This document shows positions 25,845-38,790 of a stretch of DNA of 64,000 bases, one piece after another; position 1 is the first letter of the stretch, and the number at the start of each line of letters is the position of its first letter. The notes under the pieces were generated by a model. It saw only the letters and a list, made by a program, of their open reading frames with translations. It searched no databases and was not told where the DNA came from. Both the position numbers and the translations under genes were made by a program. This DNA is from Mobula hypostoma (lineage: Eukaryota): positions 107,138,001 to 107,202,000 of the forward strand of contig NC_086108.1 in NCBI RefSeq assembly GCF_963921235.1. The letters run 5' to 3'.

Positions 25845-28231
25845 TTGTAAAATGTGTTCAGGAAAGTTTTCTAAATCAGTATATAGAGGGACCAACTAGA
25901 GGAGATGCAATATTGGATCTCCTGTTAGGAAACGAATTAGGGCAAGTGACGGAAGTCTGTGTAGGGGAGCACTTTGGTTCCAGTGATCATAACGCCATTA
26001 GTTTCAATTTGATCATGGACAAGGATAGATCTGGTCCTGGGGTTGAGGTTCTGAACTGGAAGAAGGCCAAATTTGAAGAAATGAAAAAGGATCTAAAAAG
26101 CGTGGATTGGGACAGGTTGTCCTCTGGCAAAGATGTGATTGGTAGGTGAGAAGCCTTCAAAGGGGAAATTTTGAGAGTGCAGAGTTTGTATGTTCCTGTC
26201 AGGATTAAAGGCAAATTAAATAGGAATAAAGAACCTTGGTTCTCAAGGGATATTGCAATTCTGATAAAGAAGAAGAGGGAGTTGTATGAAATGTAAAGGA
26301 AACAGGGGGTAAATCAGGTGCTTGAGGAGTATAAGAAGTGCAAGAAAATACTTAAGGAAGAAATCAGGAGGGCAAAAAGAAGACATAAGGTTGCCTTGGC
26401 AGTCAAAGTGAAGGATAATCCAAACAGCTTTTACAAGTATATTAAGAGCAAAAGGATTGTAAGGGATAAAATTGGTCCTCTTGAAGATCAGAGTGGTCGG
26501 CTTTGTGCGGAACCAAAGGAAATGGGGGAGGTCTTAAATAGGTTTTTTGCGTCTGTATTTACTAAGGAAGCTGGCATGAAATCTATGGAATTGAGGGAAT
26601 CAAGTAGTGAGACCATGGAAACTGTACAGATTTAAAAGGAGGAGGTGTTTGCTGTCTTGAGGAAAATTAAAGTGGATAAATCCCCGGGACCTGACAGAGT
26701 GTTCCCTCGGACCTTGAAAGAGACTAGTGTTGAAATTGCGGGGCCCTGGCAGAAATATTTAAAATGTCGCTGTCTACGGGTGAAGTACAGGAGGATTGGA
26801 GAGTGGCTCATGTTGTTCCGTTGTTTAAAAAAGGATCGAAAAGTAATCCGGGAAATTATAGGCCAGTGAGTTTAACGTCAGTAGTAGGTAAGTTATTGGA
26901 GGGAGCACTAAGAGACAGAATCTACAAGCATTTGGATAGACAGGGGCTTATTAGGGAGAGTCAACATGGCTTTGTGCGTGGTAGGTCATGTTTGACCAAT
27001 CTGTCGGAGTTTTTCGAGGAGGTTACCAGGAAAGTGGATGAAGGGAAGGCAGTGGATATTGGACTTCAGTAAGGCCTTTGACAAGGTCCCGCATGGGAGG
27101 TTAGTTAGGAAAATTCAGTTGCTAGGTATACATGGAGAGGTGGTAAATTGGATTAGACATTGGCTCGATGGAAGAAGCCAGAGAGTGGTGGTAGATAATT
27201 GCTTCTCTGAGTGGAGGCCTGTGACTAGTGGTGTGCCACAGGGTTCAGTGCTGGGTCCATTGTTATTTGTCATCTATATCAATGATCTGGATGACAATGT
27301 GGTAAATTGGATCAGCAAGTTTGCTGATGATACAAAGATTGGAGGTGTAGTAGACAGTGAGGAAGGTTTTCAGAGCCTGCAGAGGGACTTGGACCAGCTG
27401 GAAAAATGAGCTGAAAAATGGCAGATGGAGTTTAATATTGACAAGTGTGAGGTATTGCACGTTGGAAGGACAAACCAACGTAGAACATACAGGGTTAATG
27501 GTAAGGCACTGAGGAGTGCAGTGGAACAGAGGGATCTGGGAATACAGATACAAAATTCCCTAAAAGTGTCATCACAGGTAGATAGGATCGTAAAGAGAGC
27601 TTTTGGTACATTGGCCTTTATTAATCGAAGTATTGAGTATAAGAGCTGGAATGTTATGATGAGGTTGTATAAGGCATTGGTGAGACCGAATCTGGAGTAT
27701 TGTGTTCAGTTTTGGTCACCAAATTACAGGAAGGATATAAATAAGTTTGAAAGAGTGCAGAGAAGGTTTACAAGGATGTTGCCGGGACTTGAGAAACTCA
27801 GTTACAGAGAAAGGTTGAATAGGTTAGGACTTTATTCCCTGGAGCGTAGAAGAATGAGGGGAGATTTGATAGAGGTATATAAAATTATGATGGATATAGA
27901 TAGAGTGAATGCAAGCAGGCTTTTTCCACTGAGGCAAGGGGAGAAAAAAACCAGAGGACATGGGTTAAGGGTGAGAGGGGAAAAGTTTAAAGGGGGGGCT
28001 TCTTCACACAGAGAGTGGTGGGAGTATGGAATGAGCTGCCAGACGAGGTGGTAAATGCGGGTTCTTTTTTAACATTTAAGAATAAATTGGACAGATACAT
28101 TGATGGGAGGTGTATGGAGGGATATGGTCCGTGTGCAGGTCAGTGGGACTAGGCAGAAAGTGGTTCGGCACAGCCAAGAAGGGCCAAAAGGCCTGTTTCT
28201 GTGCTGTAGTTTCTATGGTTCTATGGTTCTA
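25845..28231 (+). mobile_element. CR1-clade LINE, 5'-truncated, inserted in the Penelope B RT region
   Basis: ORF2 fragments ([39 protein letters not shown]); (TTCTATGG)n tail; Penelope sequence resumes after the tail without a TSD. Confidence 0.95.
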
Positions 28232-31200
28232 ACATCAGTGGATAAGCTGTCTCCAGAGACAGAGACCGAAATATCAAGAAAGGGGAGGGAGGTGTCGGAA
28301 ATGGACCAGGTAAACTTGAGGGCAGGGTGAAAGTTGGAGGCAAAGTTAATGAAGTCAACGAGCTCAGCATGCGTGCAGGAAGCAGCGCCAATGCAGTCAT
28401 CGATGTAGCGAAGGAAAAGTGGGGGACAGATACCAGAATAGGCAAGGAACATAGATTGTTCCACAAAGCCAACAAAAAGGCAGGCATAGCTAGGACCCAT
28501 ACGGGTGCCCATAGCTACACCTTTAGTTTGGAGGAAGTGGGAGGAGCCAATGGAGAAATTATTAAGAGTAAGGACAAATTCCGCTAGACGGAGCAGAGTG
28601 GTGGTAGAGGGGAACTGATTAGGTCTGGAATCCAAAAAGAAGCGGAGAGCTTTGAGACCTTCCTGATGGGGGATGGAAGTATATAGGGACTGGACATCCA
28701 TGGTGAAAATAAAGCGGTGGGGGCCAGGGAACTTAAAATCATCGAAAAGTTTAAGAGCGTGAGAAGTGTCACGAACATGGGTAGGAAGGGATTGAACAAG
28801 GGGGGATAAAACAGTGTCCAAGTATGCAGAAAAGAGTTCGGTGGGGCAGGAGCAAGCTGAGACAATAGGTCTGCCTGGACAGGCAGGTTTGTGGATCTTG
28901 GGTAGGAGGTAGAAACGGGAAGTGCGAGGTGTGGGAACTATAAGGTTGGTAGCAGTGGATGGGAGATCCCCTGAGCGGATAAAGTCGGTGATGGTATGGG
29001 AGACAATGGCCTGGTTCTCCTTAGTGGGGTCACGATCGAGGGGTAAATAAGAGGAGGTATCCGCGAGTTGTCGCTGTGCCTCGGCAAGGTAGAGGTCAGT
29101 ACACCAGACTACAACCTCACCTCCCTTATCAGCGGGTTTAATAATAAGGTTAGGATTAGTGCGGAGGGAGTGGAGAGCAGAGCGTTCCGAAGGAGTGAGG
29201 TTGGAATGGGGACAAAGTGCGGTGAAGTCGAGACGGTTGATGTCCCGTCGGCATTAGCGATAAAGAGATCCAGAGCAGGCAGAAGACCAGAGCGGGGTGT
29301 CCATGAAGAAGAGGAGGGTTGAAGACGGGAGAAGGGGTCATCGGTGGGGGTGGAAGAGTCCTTGCCGAAGAAGTAGGCTCGGAGACGGAGACGGCGGAAG
29401 AAGAGTTCCGCATCGTGGCGAACACGGAACTCGCTGAGGTGTGGGCGAAGGGGGACAAAGGTGAGGCCCTTACTGAGGACAGAGCGCTCTGCCTCCGACA
29501 GTTGAAGGTCGGAGGGGATGGTAAAGACCCGGCACGGATGAGAGCTGGGATCAGAGAGGGGAGGGGGAGGCTGGGGGTGTCAATGGAGAGGGGAGGGTTG
29601 GGGTGAGAGGAAGATGGAGCCTCTGAGGGCCCAGGAGCTGACGGTGGGATCTGAGGGAGACGGAGTTGCAGAGTGGTGGTGGGGGAAGGGGAGACGGGAG
29701 TCACAGTAGCAGCACATAAAGACCCGGCCTGGAGTTCAAGGCTGGAGTCGCAGTTGGTGGTTGTGCAATCACTTTGAATATGTCCATGGTCGTTGCTGGA
29801 GTCCGGGTTTTGAATATGCCCTGAGGTGTTAGAGCCGGCGAGATCAATGGCAGTGGCCGCAATCTGAAGTTCATGCCTGCTAGTTTCATGGCCAGCAGGC
29901 TCTGGAGTCCGTAGATGTAGGATCTTGCGATCTTTGCCTAACATGACAAAGTCAAAAAAACGGCGATTGCAGGCGTGAATCCGACGGAGGATGAAGTAAC
30001 GGGTAGGATCATTATAGACGGCGAAGAAAGTGTCCCGAAGGTGTGGAAGGGTCTGGGATAGGGACACTAAGTACCTCCTCATGGCGGAGAGAGTCGCCTT
30101 CAGAGCTTGACGGGAGAAGCGGCGAGAGGCAGAGTCAATAAAATGTGAGTACCTGGGATCCTCAGAAGGTAATCCAACACCATATGCAAGTTTGCTGATG
30201 ACACCACTATTGTGGGCCTTATCACGGGTGGTGATGAATCAGCATACAGGAGGGAGATTGAAGACGTGACTGAGTGGTGTAATAACAACAACCTCTCACT
30301 CAACGTCAATAAGACCAAGGAACTGATTGGAGACTTCAGAAGAGGGAAACTAGTGGTCCGTGAGCTAGTCATCATTGGAGAATCAGAGATGGAGAGGGTT
30401 AGTATCTTTAAATTCCTGGCTGTCACTATCTCAGAGGACCTGTCCTGGACCCATCATATAATTATAATTGCAAAGAAAGCACAACAGCACCTCTACTTCC
30501 TCAAGAGACTGCAGAATTTGGCATGTCATTGAAAAGTTTGGCGAATTTCTATAGATGTGTGGTGGAAAGTGCATTGACTGGCTGCATTATGGCCTGGTAT
30601 GGGAACACCAGTGCTTTTGAGCAGAAAATTCTACGAAAGATACTGGATTCGGCCCAGTACATCATGAGTAAAATCTCTCAACCATTGAGCACATCTACGT
30701 GAAACGTTGCTGTAGAAAAGCAGCATCCATCATCAAAGATCCTCACCACTGAGGCCATGTTCCTTTCTCAAAGCTGCCATCAGCTAGAAGGTACAAGAGC
30801 CTCAGGACTCACGCCACCAGGTTCAAGAACAGTTACTACTCCTCAACCAGCAGGCTCTTGAAAAAAATGGGATAACTACACTCATTCTATTTCTGATGTT
30901 CCCACAGCCGATGGTCTCACTTTAAGGGCTTCATACTCTCATTATTTACTGCTCTTTATTTATATTTGCCTTTGCACAGTTTGTTGTTTGTTGATCTTGT
31001 TTACAATTACTGTTCTATAAATTTGCTAAGTTTGCATGCAGGAAAAAGAATCTCAGGGTTGTATGTGCTGATATGTATGTACTCTGATTATCAACTTTAC
31101 CTTGAACTTTGAACTTTCAACCAAGGGGTCCAAGGACCCCAGGTTGGGAACCCCTGTTTTAGCAACTATTGTGTGGAAAATCCCAGGAGATCAGAAGTTT

Positions 31201-31349
31201 CTGAGATACTCAAACCACCCTGTCTGACATCAACAATCATTCCAGTGTCAATTTTACTAAGGACACATTTCTTCCCCATTCTGATATTTGCATTGAACAA
31301 CAGCTGAACCTCTTGACAATGTCTGCATGCTTTGATGCACTGAGTTGCA

Positions 31350-31927
31350 GCACTTGAAGAGTTCCATCAACTCTGTCTTCGAAACATCATAAATATCAGC
31401 TGGGAAGATAGAAGAACCAACGTCAGTGTGCTAAATGAAGCAAAAACAACAAGAATTGAAACCAACGTCATCAAGAACCAATTAAGATGGAGCGGTCATG
31501 TTGTTCGGATGAAAGGTGAACGTCTGCTGAAACAAATCTTCTACTCCCAGCTTAAAGAAGGCAAACATAAAAGAGGCGGACAACAGAAGAGATTCAAAGA
31601 CGTCTTAAAAGCCAACATGAAGAAATGTAACATCGACATCAACAATTGGGAAACCAATGCCAAGGACAGGAAACTCTGGCAAGCCGTCATCCGAGAAGGA
31701 ACAACAAATTTCGAAGCCAACAGATGTGCGGAATTAGAAGAAAAGAGAAGAAAATGGAAAGAGAAGCAGCAACAACCAAAGCCTGATCTGCCAACTGGAA
31801 CTACCTGTCCTGAATGCAGAAGAACTTTCAAAGCCAAGATTGGACTCATAAGCCACTTGAGAGCCCATAAGTAGATCAACAGAACGAAGACCATCATCCT
31901 CGACCTCGAGGGATAGCCACGACGATG
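31350..31927 (+). mobile_element. RTE-clade LINE 3' fragment with C-terminal C2H2 motif
   Basis: 31428..31874: QLRWSGHVVRM...GGQQKRFKDVLK...CPECRRTFKAKIGLISHLRAH. Confidence 0.9.
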
Positions 31928-32354
31928 ACATGATTGGCTGATCAGGTAGTTGCATTAATGAGCAGGTGTACAGGTGCACCTAATGAAGTGGCTACTGATA
32001 TGCAACATTCACCTGAAAGGCATATATTCAACAAATTATAAACAAAATAGGTCTCCGGTCTATAGAAACCCTAGTCCACTGAGTACCAATACTAACTCTG
32101 CTGCCAGCAGATTAAAAGTAATTTTGTCTAAGAGTTCAGTGGTGCTGCATTTATGAAGCTTTGGTTGACTAAAATCCCTGACTAGAAACTTTGAAACACT
32201 GTCTAAAAGTTTAAAACTAGCACATTGGGAGACAAAGAAACCATTATGACTCTGTGTGCTGCCATCTTGTTTTCTTAACCCTCATGTACTAAAGAAAGGC
32301 AACAGATGATCTTGAATCTTGAATCTTGAATCTTGAACAATTTTCACAGGAAAG

Positions 32355-33099
32355 AAAGTTCAAAGTACATTTATTATCAAAGTATATATGCAGTATACAA
32401 CCCTAAGGTTCGTCTCCTCCTCCGCAGGCAGCTACCAAACAAAGAACACCATGGAACCTGTTCAAAGAAAAATATCAGAACTCCTGCGCGCAAAAAAAAC
32501 AAATTGCTCAAAGGGGATCAAGAACATCAACCACCCCCACATGTGCAGAAAACAAATTGCACATACGGCAGCAAGAAAGATCGAGTGAAAACAGAGAATA
32601 TTAAACACAAAAATCAAAGAGTTCAATTGAACTACAGTCCAAACCACAGCCTGCAGACTCAGAACTTTGGTACCATCTTCCAACAGCATCATGGCAGAGA
32701 GAGACCATTCGAATGCAGGGCCTTCCCTCAGCAGCCGCGAGTGAGAAGGAGAGAAAGACCATCACACCCAAATACTTTCCTCTGGCCGCAGCGAGCCAGA
32801 GGTTGGTTTATGGTGCTGACCACTCACTTGGCTTGACGATTCAATCTTCCTCAATGCTTTAATCAACAAGATCGGCGAGAAATGGAGTTGATCATGAGCT
32901 CGCCTTCTGGCTTTCTGACTCACTTCCCAGATCACTCAATCGGCCCGAAAATACATCACCAAGCTGTAGATCTCAGGCTCCAACAGTACGAGAAGCACAT
33001 TAAAAAAAAGACGTAAAAGAAGTAAGAGAAACAGTTTTGTGGACCATTTGGAAGGTGTCGCACGAGGTAGTGTTGTACGTTGGCGCCATCTTGACTGGA
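32355..33099 (-). mobile_element. Non-coding retroposon starting TTCCAGTCAAGATGGCGCC with Rex1-like 3' tail
   Basis: 3' end AGGGTTGTATACTGCATATATACTTTGATAATAAATGTACTTTGAACTTT resembles the Rex1-like terminus at 31050-31117. Confidence 0.6.
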
Positions 33100-33106
33100 A
33101 GAATGT

Positions 33107-33510
33107 AATTTTTTTTAGATTGTGAAGACATGCAGTCCTCTTTTATTGTCATTTAGTAATGCATGCATTAAGAAATGATACAATATTTCCTCTGGTGTGA
33201 TATCACAAAACACAGGACAGACAAAGACCGAAAAAAACTAACAAAACCACACAATTATAACATATAGTTACAACAGTGCAACAATACCATAACTTGATGA
33301 AGAAGTCCATGAGCTCAGTAAAAAGTTCAAAGTCTCTCAAATGTCCCACATCTCACGCAGACGGGAGAAGGAAGAAAAACTCTCCCTGCCATGCCTGACC
33401 ACAGTCCGACTCTGAGTCATCCAAAAACTTCGAGCCTCCGATCAGCTCTCCGACACCGAGTACTGAGCGCCATCTCTGTCCGAACGATTCAACCTCAGTC
33501 TCGGTGTCCA
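33107..33510 (-). mobile_element. 3' part of the 13450-14123 family
   Basis: Direct similarity to 13450-13870. Confidence 0.75.
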
Positions 33511-35616
33511 ACAGCATCCATGGAGAGGAACAAACAGTCAACGATTCGGTCAAAGACCCTTTATCAGAACTGGAAAGGGGTAAAAAAACCAGAATAGGAA
33601 GATAGGGGAGGAGTAGAAGCTCTCAGGTGATAGGTGAGACTAGATGAGGGTGTGGGTGGATGAAGTAAGAAGCTGCAAGGTGATCAGTGGCAGAGGTAAT
33701 GGGCTAGATAATAATCAGCTCAGAATGCCTTGGACAGACACAAAGCTGCAAAGGGTACTGGCTGTTAAATCAGACTGTCCATTCCGTAGGTGGAGTTGAG
33801 GGTGTGGAGCTACTTCCCATTTGGCTTCAGCTTTGGACCAGAGAGGATCAAGAGTCACTATTTCATTTCACCAATGGAGAATTATTGTCACATTTGCTGA
33901 GATACAGTGTAAAGCTTAGCTCTAGCTATCACTCAGTACATGCGACAATAATAATCAATTTGAATGCCATCCATATAGTTCAATTTAATACCTTGAGACA
34001 GTGCAGTGCAGGTGCCTGGGGAAATGATAGAGGCAGACATATTAGGGACGTTTAAGTAATGCTTAGATAGGCGCATGAATGGGAGGAAAATGGAAGGACA
34101 TGAACATTGCATAGGCAGAAGAGCTTGTTTAGTTAGACTACTAATTTAATTGAATCAGCACAATATTGTGGGCTGAAGGGCCTGTTCCTGTACAAGGGAA
34201 AACCAATAATAATGCAGAATGCACAGTTAATCCGGTCAACCATTCCAGTTAGCACCCACACCCCCTCTATCGGTTATCTCAGACACTGCATTGTACCTTA
34301 AACACTTTAAACCATTTTATAATGTTTTACATTGTAAATACATGTATTCATGCATGTTTGATTCCATATTTGTATGTTAACCTCTAACATCATTTTTCTA
34401 TGTCGTTCTTTATGCTTTATAATTGTTCAAAGTTGTCTTTTGTTTCATGCTGCGCTCTGAGCAAGACACCACAGCAAATTCCTAATACATGTAAATGTAT
34501 ATGGCAAACAAAATTGACCCTTGAATCTAATCTTAAAGTTACAAAGGAAGTGGACAATAAGATCCAAGGGTCATGACGACATAGACTGTGAGGTCAAGAC
34601 TTCAACTTCATCACATAAGAGGTCCACTCAAAAGTCTCATAAGAGAAGTCCTTGAGCCTGCTGGTATGTGCCTACAGGCTTTTTTTTTCATCTTTGCTGT
34701 CATTAAGGACCCCATCACCCAGGATATGCCCTCTTCTCATTGCTACCATCAAGCAGCAGGTAGAGGAACCTGAAGACACACAATCAGAGTTCCAGGAACA
34801 GCTTCTTCCCCACCACCATCAGATTTCTGAATGGACAATGAACCCATGTACACTACCTCAAAATTTTGCCCTCTTTTTGCATTACTTATTTATTTTTAAT
34901 ATAGTTTTTATTGTAGTTTATAGTCTTTTTATTACTCCTGCAGCAAAACAGCAAATTTCGTGAAATATGCTATGATTCCAGTAAGATAGAGGCACGTTTG
35001 GATGCAGTGACAACTTGGGGACTAACGAAAGCTGCTTTTTTCTTTGTTAAATGTGCTTTTCACAATCGCAAGATGGTACTGGGCTCCAAGAGCTTCATCT
35101 GCTGAGGACCTTCTCCATCAGTAAGTTCATTGATCGGAGGTGCTGGCCGGGGTGTCCAGAGTGTTGGAGAAGCTGGGTGTGGTTTGGAGGAGCTAGCCTG
35201 TTTGTAGACCATATTACTGCTTGCTACTCAAAGGGTTGGAGTTGGTGTGTGAAGGCGACATGCAGTGTAACATTAGGTGATTGTCTCAGACGCTTCTCTT
35301 GCAATCACAAGACCCGATTTGGATATTGATAATATAAGATGGCGCAGGCCTGTTTCCCTTGTTTGGTCGCATGACAAGTGGTGTGGGAGCTGCCTGACCT
35401 TGGTTGTAGAAAGGACTAGGCCTCAAGCTGTGGACTTGCCTGCTGCTACAGTCCAGGAGAGACACACAAAGGTGGTGTAGTGTGGTGTCCATATTTGATT
35501 GGGGTCCGTGCTCTCCCATCAGTGCTGCCTTCTAGTGTACAATCACTGGAATGACAGGCTGGATTGCAGTGGCTGTGCACTGCCTCCTACTCACCAGTAA
35601 TCTCTCCAATCAATTG

Positions 35617-36791
35617 TGCGCATCTGCTCTCAGGATGAGGCTTTTCATTCCAGGATGAGGGAGATGTCCTCCATTTTCAAAGAAAGGGGCTTCCCTTCCT
35701 CCACCATCAACTCTGCTCTCAAACACATCTCCCCCATTTCACGCACATCTGCTCTCACTCCATCCTCCCGCCACCCCACTAGGAATAGGGTTCCCCTGGT
35801 CCTCACCTACCACCCCACCAGCCTCCGGGTCCAACATATTATTCTCCGTAACTTCCGCCACCTCCAACGGGATCCAACCACTAAGCACATCTTTCCCTCC
35901 CCCCCTCTGCATTCAGCAGGGATCGCTCCCTACGCGACTCCCTTGTCCATTCGTACCCCCCACCCCTCCCCACTGATCTCCCTCCTGGCACTTATCCTTG
36001 TAAGTGGAACAAGTGCTACACATGCCCTTACACTTCCTCCCTTACCACCATTCAGGGCCCCAGACAGTCCTTCCAGGTGAGGCAACATTTCACCTGTGAG
36101 TTGGCTGGGGTGATATACTGCGTCCGGTGCTCCCGATGTGGCCTTTTATATATTGGCGAGACTCGACGCAGACTGGGAGACCGCTTTGCTGAACACCTAC
36201 GCTCTGTCCGCCAGAGAAAGCAGGATCTCCTAGTGCCCATACATTTTAATTCTACATCTCATTCCCATTCTGACATGTCTATCCACGGCCTCCTCTACTG
36301 TAAAGGGGAAGCCACACTCAGGTTGGAGGAACAACACCTTATATTCCATCTGGGTAGTCTCCAACCTGATGGCATGAACATCGACTTCTCTAACTTCCGC
36401 TAATGCCCCACCTCCCCCTCGTACCCCATCCGTTATTTATTTTTACACACACATTCTTTCTCTCACTCTCCTTTTTCTCCCTCTGTCCCTCTGACCATAC
36501 CCCTTGCCCATCCTCTGGGTTCCCCCCACTTGTTTTTCTCCCTAGACCTCCTGTCCCATGATCCTCTCATTTCCCCTTTGCCAATCACCTGTCCAGCTTT
36601 TGGCTCCATCCCTTCCCCTCCTGTCTTCTCCTATCATTTTGGATCTCCCCCTCTCCACTCCACTTTCAAATCCCTTACTAACTCTTCCTTCAGTTAGTCC
36701 TGACGAAGGGTCTCGGCTTGAAACGTCGACTGTACCTCTTCCTACAGATGCTGCCTGGCCTGCTGCGTTCACCAGCAACTTTGATGTGTGT
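35617..36791 (+). mobile_element. Penelope-like element copy C (thumb, GIY-YIG, terminal repeat)
   Basis: ORFs 35616..36080 and 36077..36403 (GVIYCVRCSRCGLLYIGET); highly similar to copies A and B in the opposite orientation. Confidence 0.95.
36696..36731 (+). ncRNA. Minimal hammerhead ribozyme motif in Penelope copy C
   Basis: AGTCCTGACGAAGGGTCTCGGCTTGAAACGTCGACT; core intact. Confidence 0.75.
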
Positions 36792-37129
36792 TAATTGTGG
36801 GATATGTTGCTCAAGGTCTTGGACTATATATGTTTTTTTTTTGCTTGACTATTTTTTAACTCACTGCTTTGAATGTGCTCTGTATGCTTTGCACTTTGGC
36901 TCCAGAGGAACGGTGCTCTGTTCGGATGTATTCACATATGGTTGAACGATATTTAAGCTTGAAATTGATTTGATTTTGACACTAAACCTGATTCTGATTC
37001 TCAGCCTGCTCGATGGGAGGAGGGAGAAGACAAATTGTCCAGGGTGAGTGCAGCCTTTGATGATGTTAGCTCTTTTACTGAGGCAGCAAGAAGTGAGAAC
37101 TTTTCTAGTCTGAGGTGGGGAGGCTGATT

Positions 37130-37640
37130 TCATAGTCATAGTCATACTTTGTTGATCCCGGGAGAAATTTTTTTTTTACAGTTGCACCATAAATAATTAA
37201 ACAGTAATAAAACCATGAATAGTTAAATAGTAATATGTAAATTATGCCAGGAAATAAGTCCAGGACCAGCCTGTTGGCTCAGGGTGTCTGACCCTTCAAG
37301 GGAGGAGTTGTAAAGTTTGATGGCCACAGGCAGGAATGACTTCATATGACGCTCTGTGTTGCATCTCGGTGGAATGAGTCTCTGGCTGAATGTACTCCTG
37401 TGCCCACCCAGTACATTATGTAGTGGATGGGAGACATTGACCAAGATGGCATGCAACTTGGACAGCATCCTCTTTTCAGACACCACCAGTTCCATCCCCA
37501 CAACATCACTGGCCTTACGAATGAGTTTGTTGATTCTGTTGGTGTCTGCTACCCTCAGCCTGCTGCCCCAGCACACAACAGCAAACATGATCGCACTGGC
37601 CACCACAGACTTGTAGAACATCCTCAGCATCTTCTGATGG
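37130..37640 (-). mobile_element. Rex1/Babar-like LINE 3' fragment
   Basis: 37223..37681: MFYKSVVASAIMFAVVCWG...SHPLH...TERHMKSFLPVAIKLYN; (ATGACT)n tail. Confidence 0.8.
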
Positions 37641-37869
37641 ATTTCTGGGATGCGCTGAGCTGTGTCCACAGCTTTCTGCATTTCCTTGTGGTCTTGGGCA
37701 GAGCAGCTGCCAGACCATGTTGTGATGTATCCAGATAAGATGCTTTTGATAGTACATCAACAAGGGAGTCAGCGAAGATGTATCAAATTCCTTTAGCCTC
37801 CTGAAGAAGAAGGGGAGCTCGTGTGCTCTCTTGGCCATAATGCCAAAGTGGTGCCTTTCTACTTCATTG

Positions 37870-38265
37870 AAAGCTTTTAATTACTTCTTAATTTTTAATA
37901 TGCTTTTAATTGCGTTTGTTTTTTTCAACTTTTCAAATATTTTTAATTTCCTTTCAATTATTTAAGTCCACTTGAATCTTTTAGTATGTTTAGGATAAAG
38001 TGCTTAAAATTGCACTTATCTCTTAATAATTTTATTTTTTTTAATTATTTAAACCTCAATATTTTAATTATTTGTTTGTGTTTAATTGCATGTATTTTAT
38101 TTTTTTGTTTTCATTTAATGGTTCAAATCACACTGAATCTTTTAATTATATGCTTTAATGAACATTTAAATGAGGTTATTTTCTATTTTTATTTTTAAAT
38201 ATTCTCCTCTTTTAGAATCTAAATGAAATGTTTTTTGTGTTTCAGAAACATTTAAAAATTATTAA
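37870..38265. repeat. AT-rich, T-biased low-complexity tract
   Basis: About 400 bp dominated by TTTAA/TTTTT runs. Confidence 0.7.
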
Positions 38266-38329
38266 AACTGATCTTTGAGTGTAAAAAATCATTCCTGAGT
38301 TCCAGGTGCTGCAAATCAAGATTCAGACC

Positions 38330-38790
38330 ATGGGACTGTAGGACCTTAAGATACAGGAGCACAATTAGGCCATTTGACCCATTGAATCTGCTCTGTCATT
38401 CCAGCATGGATATTTACAACCATTTCTCCTGCCTTCTCCCCATAACCTTTGATGCCCTGATTAATCAAGAACCTATCAAACTCTACGTAAAATATATCCA
38501 ATGACTCGGCCTCCACAGCCGTCTGTGGCAATGACTTTCACAGATTCACCACTCTCTCACTAAAGAAATTCTTCCTCTTCTCTGTTCTGAATTGACATCT
38601 CTCTATTCTGAGGCTGTGCTCTCTGGTCCTAGACTCTCCTATTTTAGGAAACATTCTCTCCACGTCTTTCAATATTTGATGGGTTTCAATACAATTCCCA
38701 CCACAGTTCCCCTCAACCTTCTAAACTCTAGTGAGTGCAGGCCCAGAGAACATCAAATGCTCCTCATACATTAACCCTATCATTCCCAGT
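38330..38790 (-). mobile_element. CR1 3' fragment
   Basis: ORF 38346..38531 (PQTAVEAESLDIF...DRFLINQGIKGYGEKAG). Confidence 0.8.

Larger units (their letters stand above)
24524..30172 (-). mobile_element. Penelope-like element copy B, longest copy (24524-25844 and 28232-30172), interrupted by CR1
   Basis: N-terminal ORF 29156..30082, RT 28213..28821 (TMDVQSLYTSIPH, FLRYIDD), thumb/GIY-YIG 24958..25698; 13-bp TSD TCCAACACCATAT (24511-24523, 30173-30185). Confidence 0.95.
24381..31117 (+). mobile_element. Rex1/Babar-like LINE 3' part (24381-24523 and 30173-31117) split by Penelope copy B
   Basis: Frame ...ISISTGAPQ...YSSNTI continues after the insert as CKFADDTTIVGLI...NLSLNVNKTKEL...FKFL; (TTGAACT)n tail. 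Confidence 0.8.
24338..31156. mobile_element. hAT-like MITE split by a Rex1-like insertion (24338-24380 and 31118-31156)
   Basis: TIR-like CAAGGGTTCTCAGCC ... GGTTGGGAACCCCTG; left flank CTCTAGAG; a related uninterrupted MITE lies at ~56493-56572. Confidence 0.65.
24036..31997 (-). mobile_element. Tc1-like non-autonomous element hosting nested insertions (own sequence ~24036-24337, 31157-31349, 31928-31997)
   Basis: Inverted termini CAGTGGCCACTTTACTAGG / CCTAATGAAGTGGCTACTG; internal sequence is the reverse complement of the 1020-3338 element. Confidence 0.75.
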
